Shown piece by piece: positions 1-10,023 of a stretch of 64,000 bases of DNA. Both the position numbers and the translations under genes were made by a program. Source of the stretch: Gammaproteobacteria bacterium (GTDB taxonomy: Bacteria; Pseudomonadota; Gammaproteobacteria; G965277405); contig OZ255726.1 of the NCBI GenBank assembly GCA_965277405.1, forward strand, positions 1,120,001 to 1,184,000, in the 5' to 3' direction. Numbering within the stretch: the stretch's first letter is position 1; each line of letters begins with the position of its first letter. A model generated the notes under the pieces. It was not told the DNA's origin and did not search any database. It saw only the letters and a list, made by a program, of their open reading frames with translations.

Positions 1-954
1 CGCTTGGTTATAATGTGTTTGACCCATCTGAAGTTGTCCCAGAGTTCACCGCTGATGTAGGCACTAAAAAAGGTGAAAAAGTTGATTATGCAATAATATG
101 TAATGGTGAATTGCGGATTTTGATTGAGTGTAAGAGTGCCAATAGCGTATTAACAAAAGATCACGCATCACAGCTTTTCAGATATTATGGGACAACTAAT
201 GTGCGTTTTGCGATACTCACTAACGGAATTATCTACAAGTTTTACACTGATTCAGAAGAAAAGAATAAAATGGACGACGCGCCATTTTTTACATTTGATC
301 TTATTGGCTATCAAGCAAGTGATGTCGCGGAACTTAAAAAGTTTGCCAAAGACGATTTTTCTGTAGATAACATCATCGCTACAGCCAGCACACTTAAGTA
401 TGCTGGTGCCGTGAAGCGTGTTTTGGCAGCAGAGCTGCTTGAGCCATCGGAAGCATTTGTACGCTTTTTTATCGGACAAATTTATGACGGACGCGTTACT
501 CAATCAGTATTAGATGAATTTACGCAAATCGTTAAAAGTGCAAGAGCGCAATTTATTAACGAACAAGCGAATGTGAGATTAAAGAAAGCGATGTCAAATG
601 TTGAAACTATAGATGATAATGAAAATACAGAAACGACGAATCCAGATAATCCAGATATTGAAACGACTGTTGAAGAAATTGAAGGGTTTCATATAGTCAA
701 AGCTATTTTGAGAGAGAAGGTGAATTGTTGACAGAATTAGCATGCGCGACACAAAAAGCTACTGTGGAATCCTACTGGATAATAACAATCGTAAGCCTCT
801 TTGTAGACTACACTTTAATCGAACCATCAAGTATTTAGAGATAATCGAAAACGTAGATAGTGGTGTGCAAGGCAATCGAATGCCAATAGCAGCACTGAAT
901 GACATTTTTAAGTTTGCACCTCAATTGATAAAAACCCTACTTTTCTATCAATAA
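1..954 (+). pseudogene. HsdR N-terminal (restriction endonuclease-like) domain protein, 5' end outside the window, split by a 1-nt frameshift near 725
   Basis: Frame reads LGYNVFDP..EVVPEF..GEKVDYAI..LIECK..QLFRYY..AILTNG (PD-(D/E)xK type). ORFs 15-731 and 742-954 (MRDTKSYCGILLDNNNRKPLCRLHFN) join as V-N-V-D-R-I-S-M-R-D if one T at 725/726 is removed. Confidence 0.75.
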
Positions 955-1133
955 TCACATCATAACACAACCACGTACGGCGATTTAAGCGCAATCCTCC
1001 TATAGCCGCTCTGAAATTATTACAACCATATAGTAATGTTTGCGGCAATGATGCCATATTGCCGTGTAGCCTTGCGAACGCGTTCGCCATACCATCAAAC
1101 CATCCGTAGCCTCTCTAATATTTGCAGAGCTAC

Positions 1134-1220
1134 ATGCAAACATCATATCAACTCAGCCGCCGCAGCCGTGCACGCCTTGCTGGCGTGCATACGCAACTCT
1201 GTGCAGTTGTTGAACGGGGA
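1134..1220 (+). pseudogene. Possible N-terminal fragment of a phage M15-family endolysin/peptidase
   Basis: YQLSRRSRARLAGVHTQLCAVVERG resembles the 'YxLSxRSxxRLxGVHPDLVxVVxRA' start of M15 peptidases; similarity is lost after about 30 aa. Confidence 0.3.
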
Positions 1221-1346
1221 GATACACACCACTCCAGCAGCATACATGCAACCACCAGCGTGGTCGGCAATACTAGAGACGGCAGATGTAGAGGAATGTT
1301 TCTTACAACAGTTTGGTACAGATATCCAACGTGCTCCCGTATTTCA

Positions 1347-1654
1347 GGGACCTCTGATTAATTCCATGATTGGCGAGACGGAGATAAACGCTGATGATAA
1401 CTAGACGCAGTGCGCAGCTAACACTGGTGGTCTTGTGGGGGTTGCCAAGTACTGCAACGACGTTGGCACAGCATTTTTTACTGTCCGTCTGTTGAATATA
1501 CTTTGGGTTTGCGGCAATTGCTTACGCTTGCTGTGTTGCCGCCATTGGCGTATATACTACGGCATGCGCTCTGCGGTTTGCGTGCGGTTTGCGCCTTGCA
1601 ATCATCAGGAATTGCAGGCAGACTAGCTCCATCAGCGAGTTAATCAGTGCTTTC
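1347..1654 (+). mobile_element. IS5-type MITE, copy 1 (~308 bp)
   Basis: Left end GGGACCTCTGATTAA, right end TTAATCAGTGCTTTC followed by TTAG; interior aligns by eye with the copies at 15046, 17356 and 23553. Confidence 0.85.
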
Positions 1655-1666
1655 TTAGGAATATCC

Positions 1667-2896
1667 ATGAGCAACACACCAAACGCACCGTACCTTGAGC
1701 AAATTATCGCTGTAAAAAAAGCCTTACGCGCAACAGGCAACTATCAACTACGCTTTGCCGCTATTCAAGCGATTATTGCGCCGCAAGTAGCCGAAGTACG
1801 CAAGCTTGGGCAAACTGCTATTCCAGCAATTGAATACACAGATTTAGCAATTGTTTCTTCACAGCAACAACAACAAATCCGCAAACGTGGCTGCGTAATT
1901 ATCCGCAATGTGTTTGAGCGGTCGCGTGTAGACAATTGGAATGCCATGATAGACACCTACTTACACAGCAATGACTACACAGGAAAATCAGCATCAAAAC
2001 AAGGTCTTGATAAATACTTCAGCAATTTAGCTAGCTCAAAGCCGCAAATTTATAGCGTATATTGGTCGAAACCGCAAATTCAAGCACGTCAATCACAAGA
2101 GCTTGCGCAAACTCGCCAATGGCTAAATCACCTCTGGCAATACCAATATGATGGGCGCAATGTATTTAATCCAGATCAAGAGTGTAGCTACGCTGACCGC
2201 ATCCGCCAACGTGAACCAGGTGATGCAACATTAGGGCTATCGCCACATATCGACGGAGGAACAATTGAACGCTGGATTGATACTGGCTATCGCCAGGTAT
2301 ATCGTCATGTGTTTGATGGCGACATTCATGAGCACAACCCATTTGCTGCCGCTTATCGCACCCAAACAACAGAAATACCATCACCCGCAGTCTGTAGCAT
2401 GTTCCGTACATTTCAAGGCTGGACTGCGCTCAGCAGCCAAGGTCCTGGTGAAGGAACCCTTAATCTTGTTCCAATTGCTGATGCAATGAGCTGGGTGTTA
2501 TTACGCGCATTGCAGGATGATGTTGGTGAAAATGATTTGTGCGGCTTTCAAGCTGGTCGGGCAATGACAATGGTCCCGCAATACCACCAACTGCTCCTCG
2601 ATGCATATGTGCCAATTCCGCGTGTTAACGCTGGCGATACTGTGTGGTGGCATCCAGATGTTATCCATGGTGTTGAAAACCAACACAACGGCGATGGCTA
2701 CAGCAACGTGATGTATATTGGCGCCGCGCCAGATTGTCAGAAAAACAAAGACTTTTTAACCTTACAAAGTCCAGCGTTTGAATCTGGTAAATCCTGTCCA
2801 GACTTTGCCCCAGAACACTACGAAGTTGACTTTGCCAACCGCGCTACAACTATCGATTTAACCGATATCGGACGCAAACAAATGGGTTATGCCTAG
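1667..2896 (+). CDS. ybiU: YbiU/DUF1479 (Gig2-like) family putative Fe(II) oxygenase
   Basis: KPQIYSVYWSKPQIQARQ, YADRIRQREPGD..LGLSPHIDGG, FRTFQGWTALS, GDTVWWHPDVIHGVE. ATG 1667 follows AGGA; the longer ORF start lies inside the MITE. Confidence 0.85.
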   Translation: MSNTPNAPYLEQIIAVKKALRATGNYQLRFAAIQAIIAPQVAEVRKLGQTAIPAIEYTDLAIVSSQQQQQIRKRGCVIIRNVFERSRVDNWNAMIDTYLHSNDYTGKSASKQGLDKYFSNLASSKPQIYSVYWSKPQIQARQSQELAQTRQWLNHLWQYQYDGRNVFNPDQECSYADRIRQREPGDATLGLSPHIDGGTIERWIDTGYRQVYRHVFDGDIHEHNPFAAAYRTQTTEIPSPAVCSMFRTFQGWTALSSQGPGEGTLNLVPIADAMSWVLLRALQDDVGENDLCGFQAGRAMTMVPQYHQLLLDAYVPIPRVNAGDTVWWHPDVIHGVENQHNGDGYSNVMYIGAAPDCQKNKDFLTLQSPAFESGKSCPDFAPEHYEVDFANRATTIDLTDIGRKQMGYA

Positions 2897-2924
2897 CCAA
2901 CGTAATGGGAAAATTTATACGTTA

Positions 2925-3097
2925 TTATAGCAAATATTCACCAGCCTTGGGATATTGATACTTGGGTAATAGTCGCTGGATGTCGCTGTAATAACACTCC
3001 CCCTCTGCAAACGTCATTTGCTTGATATCAATTTTCAAAATAATATCCTGAATATTATGGCAGGTCGTCTTGGTTTTGGTGGGTTTGCAGAGGTTCT
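2925..3097 (-). mobile_element. Degenerate IS5-family element: end plus transposase N-terminal remnant
   Basis: The minus strand encodes KQMTFAEGE...YPKAG, like the IS5 transposase start MKQMTFADAE...HYPK; IR-like GTTTGCAGAGGTTCT at 3083-3097. Confidence 0.6.
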
Positions 3098-3396
3098 CAA
3101 GGCCAGTGTATAGCCGAACATATAGACTGAAATGCAACGGTGACTCCCGACCAATGGAATGGAGTGGATATGCTCCGTTGCTGCAAGCACATAGCAATAT
3201 GAAACGCATACCATCAGGTAGCAATGGAGGCGTTTTCTGCACCAGCACGAGTCATTATGATGTTCAAGGCATAGCTCAGGGGCATACCATAACGCATACC
3301 AATTTACATGACTAGCTGGATGTACTACTATTGCTTGAATCGAATCTTCTTAAAAGAGCAAGTATTCGCCAACATCATGGCCATGATGGTTACGAT

Positions 3397-3474
3397 ACTA
3401 AACACTAAACACTAAACACTAAACACTAAACACTAAACACTAAACACTAAACACTAAACACTAAACACTAAACA
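3397..3474. repeat. Perfect 7-bp tandem repeat (ACTAAAC) x11
   Basis: Counted directly: 11 units 3397-3473 plus one A. Confidence 0.97.
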
Positions 3475-3599
3475 TTTCGCTGCATAATCATGAGGTGTCG
3501 CGCTAGCGATTGAGATCCTCTGGCAATATACCCAATATAAGATTATGTGCCCCCTGCTTACAACAGACCTAAAATCAGCTGCTCCCCCATTGTGCCATT

Positions 3600-4271
3600 A
3601 TCCGCATTGGACACGCGCAAGGCGAATTCCTGGCTTTTCTGGATGTCGATGACTGGTGGTTGCCAGAAAAGCTCGAACGCCAGATCAACCTTTTTGACGA
3701 TCCGCAAGTCGGTATGACGTGCAGCAACTATACCATCAAACATGAGGGCAAGGGTGGCCGCGAATGGACAGCGCTCGCAATACCTCTGACAACAGCATGC
3801 AACCTCGATAGCCTGCTGAAGGACTACCCAGTGGGTTTATTAACACTCATGGTACGCACATCAGCACTGGTTTCTGTCGTGCAGCCGTTTGATCCGCGCT
3901 ACCATATTATCGGTGACTTCGATCTTGTGATTCGCCTCGCAACCAGATGGAAACTTGGATATCTGGATGAGCCGGTCGCGGTTTACCGCCTGCATGCCGA
4001 CAATGAAACCGCCAGGCACCGCATGCGTCAAGTTGATGAGTTGCAGCTCTGGCAAAAGGACATGGAACACAAACCAGCCGTGTCCTCCAGTCCAAGTTTT
4101 CACTGGGTCGAGTTCAGAACCGACTACATCGCTGCGATGCACTATCTGCTTGAGGGCGACAAGTTTGCCGCATTCTCGGTCATTCGGCGCATGCCCGTCA
4201 ACCGGCGGTCCCTGCGTTTGTGGATCGGGCTGTTTGCGCCGACCTCGCTGGTCCGCCACTTCAAGAACTAA
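3600..4271 (+). pseudogene. 5'-truncated family 2 glycosyltransferase
   Basis: In-frame AQGEFLAFLDVDDWWLPEKLERQ (DxD motif) just upstream of the called start, and a GDFDLVIRL motif. The usual N-terminal Rossmann strand is absent and composition shifts to GC-rich near 3600. Confidence 0.75.
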
Positions 4272-4392
4272 TTCCGTTGCTGAACTGACGAGCGGTTTCA
4301 ATACTAATTTAGCGCAAGTTGTCCTGTTTTGGCGTTTTATGTCTGCTAACCTTTACTGAAATAATGATCTGGTCCTGCTGGGACGCCAACTG

Positions 4393-5460
4393 GTGACGAA
4401 AATCGTGCTCTATGTGAACGCCGCAAACATACATACTGGGGGAGGGCGTTGGCTGCTGACTGCCCTGATGGAGGAGATAGCCAGCTTCGAAGAGGTCGTT
4501 GTCTATCTGGATGAGCGGTTTCCCCACCTAACGGAAACGCCGAAAAGCCTTCAGGTGCGCAAGGTTCACTGCAACCTGCTATCCCGCGTCAAGGCTGATA
4601 TCGAATTATCTAGCAATTTGAACACTGGGGACATAGCCCTTTATTTCGGTAATCTTCCACCTATACGAAAATCGGCCGGCAAGACCGCTGTATTCATCCA
4701 GAATCGGTATCTGGTTGACTATGTAAGCCTTTCGGGGTTCTCATTTCATGCACAGATCCGCATTTGGCTCGAACGAGCCTGGCTACGCCTTTTCCACCGG
4801 AACGCCGATCTGTTAGTGGTTCAGACAGCCTCCATGCAGGCAGCCCTTTCACAAACATGCGGCATTCCGCGCACGCGCATCTTGGTTGCGCCTTTTGTCG
4901 GGCAAAGCACTTCCGGTAAGGAAAGCGAAACCCCGGCAAAGGTCGGACGCAAGAGCGGGAAACAAATCGATTTCATTTACCCAGCGAGCGGCGAGCCACA
5001 CAAGAATCATGACCTGCTCGTCGCAGCATGGCACCTGCTGGCGGCCGAGGGCATCCACCCACGATTGCTCCTCACCCTCGGTGATGCTCATTTCAAATCA
5101 CTCAAGGATCGTCGCACCGAGACTGCGGAGCACAGCAACATTGCGCTCGTAAATTTGGGAGCTCTACCCCGCGAAAAGCTTATGTCTAGGCTGAAGCAGG
5201 TGGATGCACTGATCTTTCCATCGCTGCTTGAGTCGTTTGGCCTTCCATTGATCGAGGCGTACCAAGCCGGTCTGCCGATTGTTGCAGGGGAGCTTGATTA
5301 TGTGCGCGATGTTGTGATGCCGGACGAGGTCTTCAACCCTTGTTCGGCTCTCTCGATCGCCCGTGCGGTAAAAAGGTTCATGGGACTGGATACCGGCACC
5401 GTGCCTGTACTCAAGGGGCGCCAGTTCATGGCTGCAATTACAAAGGAGCTCACCCGCTAG
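4393..5460 (+). CDS. Glycosyltransferase family 4 (group 1)
   Basis: HTGGG N-terminal loop, YPASGEPHKNH, FPSLLESFGLPLIEA. Confidence 0.9.
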   Translation: MTKIVLYVNAANIHTGGGRWLLTALMEEIASFEEVVVYLDERFPHLTETPKSLQVRKVHCNLLSRVKADIELSSNLNTGDIALYFGNLPPIRKSAGKTAVFIQNRYLVDYVSLSGFSFHAQIRIWLERAWLRLFHRNADLLVVQTASMQAALSQTCGIPRTRILVAPFVGQSTSGKESETPAKVGRKSGKQIDFIYPASGEPHKNHDLLVAAWHLLAAEGIHPRLLLTLGDAHFKSLKDRRTETAEHSNIALVNLGALPREKLMSRLKQVDALIFPSLLESFGLPLIEAYQAGLPIVAGELDYVRDVVMPDEVFNPCSALSIARAVKRFMGLDTGTVPVLKGRQFMAAITKELTR

Positions 5461-6686
5461 TGCATGTGCTCGTAATCAGCCAGTATTTCTGGCCAGAAGA
5501 TTTTAGAATCAATGACGTGGTTGAGGGTCTGATGAGCCGGGGGCATCAGGTTACCGTGCTCACCGGCCGTCCGAACTATCCGGGCGGCAAACTGTTTCCG
5601 GGTTATGGCTGGTTCAACAAGCGTACCGAGACCTTCAAGGGCGCAAGGGTTGTGCGCGTGCCGATTATCACCCGCGGACAGAATTCAGGGTTCAGGCAGG
5701 CTCTAAACTACATTTCCTTTGCGCTTTCCGCCGCTCTGTTCGGACCATTCCGGTGTTTGGGCAAATACGAAGCCATTCTTGTTTACGAGCCATCACCGGT
5801 TACCGTAGGTATACCCGCCAGGCTCTTGAGGGTACTCAAGCGCCTTCCTATCCTATTCTGGGTTCAGGATCTCTGGCCTGAGAGCCTTGAGGCTACGGGG
5901 GCGGTGAAGTCTCCGCTTATTCTTGGTGCCGTCAGGCGACTGGTGGGCTGGACATATCATGGCTGTACCCGCATCCTCGTACAGTCCGAGGCCTTTGTAG
6001 AATCCATCATGCAGTTCGGCATCTCAGCTGAAAAAATTGGCTATTTGCCCAACAGTGCCGAAGCCTTTTACAGACCAGTGGAAAACGCGGAAGTGCCGGG
6101 TATAGCTTCCTTGCCCGCAGGCTTTCGCGTTATGTTTGCGGGAAATATTGGCGCAGCACAGTCTTTTGAAACAATCCTTTCGGCGGCAGAAACTCTTATA
6201 ATGGAAAAGAACATCCACTGGGTTATTCTCGGCGATGGGCGGCAGGCAAACTGGGTTCGCAAGGAAGTTGCCCGCCGCAAGCTCGACGGCTGCTTTCACT
6301 TGATGGGGCGGTTCCCCGCCTATACCATGCCCGCTTGGTTTGGGCATGCGGACGCCATGTTGGTCACACTCAAACGCAGCCCGATATTCGCAATGACAAT
6401 TCCCTCCAAGGTGCAATCATACCTTGCATGTGCCAAACCGGTTGTCGCTGCCATCGACGGAGAGGGCGCCCGCATTTTGGAGCTTTCCGGTGCCGGGCTT
6501 AGTGCACCGGCGGAAGACGCGTGCGCATTGGCCGATGCTGTTCTTCGGCTTTATAGAATGTCCAAGGAGGAAAGACTGGCAATGGGGCAGAATGGACAGG
6601 CATATTTTGATGCAAATTTTGCACGGGAGCTGCTGCTCGACCGGCTTGAGCACTGGCTTCTGGAATTGGCTAGGATGGAAAAATGA
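5460..6686 (+). CDS. WbuB-like glycosyltransferase family 4
   Basis: VLVISQYFWPEDFRIND, GRPNYPGG, WVQDLWPESL, FAGNIGAAQ, TIPSKVQSYLA; GTG start overlaps the upstream stop. Confidence 0.88.
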   Translation: MHVLVISQYFWPEDFRINDVVEGLMSRGHQVTVLTGRPNYPGGKLFPGYGWFNKRTETFKGARVVRVPIITRGQNSGFRQALNYISFALSAALFGPFRCLGKYEAILVYEPSPVTVGIPARLLRVLKRLPILFWVQDLWPESLEATGAVKSPLILGAVRRLVGWTYHGCTRILVQSEAFVESIMQFGISAEKIGYLPNSAEAFYRPVENAEVPGIASLPAGFRVMFAGNIGAAQSFETILSAAETLIMEKNIHWVILGDGRQANWVRKEVARRKLDGCFHLMGRFPAYTMPAWFGHADAMLVTLKRSPIFAMTIPSKVQSYLACAKPVVAAIDGEGARILELSGAGLSAPAEDACALADAVLRLYRMSKEERLAMGQNGQAYFDANFARELLLDRLEHWLLELARMEK

Positions 6687-7540
6687 CAAAAATTCTAGTG
6701 CTGGGTTGCAGCGGCATGCTCGGAAATGCCGTAACCCGTGTGATGGCCGAGAGCCGAGATCTTGACGTCTGGTGCACAGCGCGTGCCCGAGGCGTAGAGA
6801 AATTCCTGCCTAAAGAGATTGCCGACAATATCCGCTGCGGTGTAGACGTTCTTAACTCGGACGCCCTAGCAGCGTTGCTCGCCGAAATAAAACCTGATGT
6901 ATTGATAAATTGCGTCGGGCTGGTCAAGCAACTGAGCAATGCCAACGATCCACTTGAGGCGCTGCCCATCAATGCCATCCTGCCCCATCGCCTCGCGCGG
7001 CTCTGCGCACTTGGCGGTGCACGGCTGATTCACCTCAGTACTGATTGCGTCTTCAGTGGCACCAAAGGTAACTATGCAGAAACCGACGACGCCGATGCGC
7101 AAGACCTGTATGGCCGCTCGAAATTTCTCGGTGAGGTCGACTATCCCGATGCCATTACGCTGCGCACATCAATTATCGGGCACGAACTGTCAAGCGCGCA
7201 CGGGCTTGTTGGATGGTTTCTTGCACAGAGCGGTCAGGTGAAGGGTTTTACCAAGGCCGTATTTTCCGGCCTGCCTACGGTTGAGCTGGCGCGAGTCATA
7301 CGCGACGAGGTGCTGCCCAGGCCGAATTTGCACGGTGTTTATCACGTCGCCGCTGCGCCGATCAGCAAATATGACCTGTTGCAACTCGTCAGTTTAGTCT
7401 ACAATAAGCCAATACAAATCATACCCGACGACAAGATCACCATCGACCGTTCGCTGAACGCAGAACGTTTTGAAAAAGCCACAGGATACGTTGCGCCGAC
7501 GTGGCTTGACCTGATCAAACGCATGCATGAATTCCAGTAA
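6683..7540 (+). CDS. RmlD-like NDP-4-keto-6-deoxyhexose reductase (QnlA/WbvR type)
   Basis: GCSGMLG, HLSTDCVFSG, YGRSK SDR motifs; 285 aa with no C-terminal cupin. Confidence 0.85.
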   Translation: MTKILVLGCSGMLGNAVTRVMAESRDLDVWCTARARGVEKFLPKEIADNIRCGVDVLNSDALAALLAEIKPDVLINCVGLVKQLSNANDPLEALPINAILPHRLARLCALGGARLIHLSTDCVFSGTKGNYAETDDADAQDLYGRSKFLGEVDYPDAITLRTSIIGHELSSAHGLVGWFLAQSGQVKGFTKAVFSGLPTVELARVIRDEVLPRPNLHGVYHVAAAPISKYDLLQLVSLVYNKPIQIIPDDKITIDRSLNAERFEKATGYVAPTWLDLIKRMHEFQ

Positions 7541-7549
7541 GGTTCCCAG

Positions 7550-8560
7550 ATGTTCTCAGACCGCACATTGATGATTACCGGAGGTACAGGCTCATTCGGC
7601 AACGCCGTAGTGAGCAAGTTTCTTGAAACCGAAATCCGGGAAATACGCATCTTCAGCCGGGATGAGAAGAAGCAGGAGGATATGCGCCTTGCGCTGAACC
7701 ATCCAAAGCTGAAATTCCACATTGGTGATGTTCGCGATTATTCGAGCGTGTTTGATGCCATGCGTGGCGTGGATTTTGTGTTTCACGCCGCAGCGCTGAA
7801 ACAGGTGCCCTCGTGCGAATTTTATCCCATGGAAGCTTTGCGCACCAATGTTCACGGTACGGAAAATGTCATCAATGCCACTATAGCACAGGGTGCTAAA
7901 CGCTTCGTGCTACTGAGCACGGACAAAGCAGTTTACCCCATCAACGCGATGGGCATTTCGAAGGCGATGGCCGAGAAGGTCATGGTCGCGAAATCACGGT
8001 TTCTATCCAATGGTGAAACAGTTCTTTGTGCCACGCGATACGGCAATGTGATGGCTTCCCGTGGGTCGGTCATTCCTCTGTTCGTTGCACAGATCAAGCA
8101 GGGCCTGCCACTGACGATCACCGATCCCGATATGACGAGGTTCCTGATGTCGCTCGATGATTCGGTTGATCTGGTTCTGCACGCGTTTAACAACGCCTCG
8201 CAGGGAGACATTTTCGTCCAGAAAGCACCTGCCTCCACCATCGGTGTACTCGCACAGGCTCTACTAGAGATTTTCGACAGCACTTCGGCACTTGTGGTGA
8301 TCGGTACGCGCCACGGCGAAAAGCTCTATGAATCTCTTTTGTCACGGGAGGAGCTGGTTCGGGCAGACGAGATGGATCGGTATTACAGAGCGCCAATGGA
8401 TGCCCGCGATCTCAACTATAACAAATACTTTGTCGAGGGTGAGCCGAGGCTCTCGGGGTCGGAAGACTATACTTCGCATAACGCGCAGCGGCTGAACCTT
8501 GAGCAGGTCAAGGCGCTCTTGCTGGATCTCGATTACATTCAGGATGCACTTAATGCCTAA
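7550..8560 (+). CDS. fnlA: UDP-GlcNAc 4,6-dehydratase/5-epimerase (FnlA/WbjB/CapE family)
   Basis: ITGGTGSFG, FSRDEKKQEDMR, HAAALKQVPSCEFYP, LSTDKAVYPINAMGISKA, RYGNVMASRGSVIP. Confidence 0.92.
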   Translation: MFSDRTLMITGGTGSFGNAVVSKFLETEIREIRIFSRDEKKQEDMRLALNHPKLKFHIGDVRDYSSVFDAMRGVDFVFHAAALKQVPSCEFYPMEALRTNVHGTENVINATIAQGAKRFVLLSTDKAVYPINAMGISKAMAEKVMVAKSRFLSNGETVLCATRYGNVMASRGSVIPLFVAQIKQGLPLTITDPDMTRFLMSLDDSVDLVLHAFNNASQGDIFVQKAPASTIGVLAQALLEIFDSTSALVVIGTRHGEKLYESLLSREELVRADEMDRYYRAPMDARDLNYNKYFVEGEPRLSGSEDYTSHNAQRLNLEQVKALLLDLDYIQDALNA

Positions 8561-9680
8561 GGTTTTGACCATTGTGGGTACACGCCCTGAGCTGATCAAG
8601 ATGAGCCGGGTGATTGCCGAGCTCGACCGGCAGGTGGATCACGTGCTGGTACATTCTGGGCAGAACTATGACTACGAACTGAATCAAGTATTCTTTGATG
8701 ATTTGAAGATTCGCAAGCCTGACCATTTTCTGAATGTCGCGGCAGAAACTGCCTCGAAGACTATCGCCGATGTTATTGCGAAAACTGATGATATTCTGGC
8801 TCAGGAAAGGCCGGACGCGGTTCTGCTGTACGGTGACACTAATACCTGCCTGGCGGTAATACCAGCGAAGCGGCACAAGATACCGGTATTTCATATGGAA
8901 GCGGGCAACCGCTGCTTTGATCAACGTGTTCCCGAGGAATTGAACCGCAAGGTGGTAGACCATCTCAGCGACATCAATATGGTGCTGACAGAGCATGCGC
9001 GACGCTATCTGATTGCCGAAGGTATCCGGCCAGAGACCATCATCAAGACTGGCTCGCATATGCGGGAAGTGCTCGACTTCTACATGCCGGACATCGATAA
9101 ATCGGATGTGCTCAAGCGTGAAGGGCTGGCTGCAGGAAAATTCTTCGTTGCCAGCATGCACCGCGAAGAAAATGTCGATCCCCTAGATTCGCTGCGCAGC
9201 ATTGTGGCGACCCTCAATATGCTTGCGGGCAGATATGGGTATCCCATTATGATTTCCACACACCCTCGGACCCGCAAGCGGCTGGAGGAAACCGGCCTTC
9301 AATCCAACAATACGCTGCTGCGGTTCATGAAGCCCTTCGGGTTCCTAGACTATGTGAAACTGCAGCTGAACGCCTTGTGCATTCTGTCCGACAGCGGCTC
9401 GATCACGGAGGAGGCATCTATCCTCAATCTTCCAGCAGTGACCCTACGTAACGTGCATGAGCGACCGGAAGGTATGGATGTCGGCACACTGGTCATGTCG
9501 GGGCTTGACACCCAGTCGGTGCTTGACGCTGTCAAACTTGTGATCTCGCAGCATGACAGCAAGAACCGGGTATTCCAGGTTGTCCCAGATTATCTGGCGG
9601 CAGCTGTTTCCAAGCAGGTTGTGAGGCTAGTTCTGAGCTATATTGGTTATGTAAACCGAACCGTGTGGCATGAGCAGTAA
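8553..9680 (+). CDS. Non-hydrolysing UDP-hexNAc 2-epimerase (FnlC/WbjD/QnlB family)
   Basis: VGTRPELIK, HSGQNYDYEL, HMEAGNRCFDQRVPEE, SDSGSITEE, HERPEG; ATG 8553 overlaps the fnlA stop. Confidence 0.9.
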   Translation: MPKVLTIVGTRPELIKMSRVIAELDRQVDHVLVHSGQNYDYELNQVFFDDLKIRKPDHFLNVAAETASKTIADVIAKTDDILAQERPDAVLLYGDTNTCLAVIPAKRHKIPVFHMEAGNRCFDQRVPEELNRKVVDHLSDINMVLTEHARRYLIAEGIRPETIIKTGSHMREVLDFYMPDIDKSDVLKREGLAAGKFFVASMHREENVDPLDSLRSIVATLNMLAGRYGYPIMISTHPRTRKRLEETGLQSNNTLLRFMKPFGFLDYVKLQLNALCILSDSGSITEEASILNLPAVTLRNVHERPEGMDVGTLVMSGLDTQSVLDAVKLVISQHDSKNRVFQVVPDYLAAAVSKQVVRLVLSYIGYVNRTVWHEQ

Positions 9681-9755
9681 CCGCCCCATGCGCGTGCTTG
9701 TTACCGGAGCCAACGGATTTGTCGGCAAGGCGCTTGCCGACGCGACGGCGAGGTT
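9670..9755 (+). pseudogene. N-terminal stub of an NAD-dependent epimerase, cut at an IS5-type end
   Basis: MSSNRPMRVLVTGANGFVGKALA followed by TTGGTCAGAGCTTCC-TTAG (9756-9774). Confidence 0.7.
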
Positions 9756-9964
9756 TTGGTCAGAGCTTCCTTAGATCAACGGCGAAAGCTACAGGCTCAA
9801 ACACAGCCGTAAAACCGACTATAACCAGAACAGCTGGACTAACGGCCAGTAGGCGCTTTGGCATGCGTTAGCTATATGGAAAGCACCCACACCAAAGCGT
9901 CGCCTAACCTCAAAACTCAGTGGCTCCTTGTTACGCCGCGATCTGGACCTCTTTTAAGCCAAGA

Positions 9965-9992
9965 TTGACAGCTAGGAACAATACGGTAGAAT
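9965..9992 (+). promoter_or_regulatory. Sigma70-like promoter of the sugar ABC operon
   Basis: TTGACA-16 bp-TAGAAT; GAGGAG RBS near 10013 precedes ATG 10024. Confidence 0.6.
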
Positions 9993-10023
9993 CCTGATAA
10001 GCCAATTTAAAAGAGGAGTAAAT

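Noticed and set aside
3100-3390. Possible membrane-transporter gene remnant on the minus strand
   Set aside because: Only a weak short hydrophobic resemblance interrupted by stops; cannot be supported.
3397-3474. CRISPR array
   Set aside because: Contiguous 7-bp units without spacers, and no cas genes in the window.
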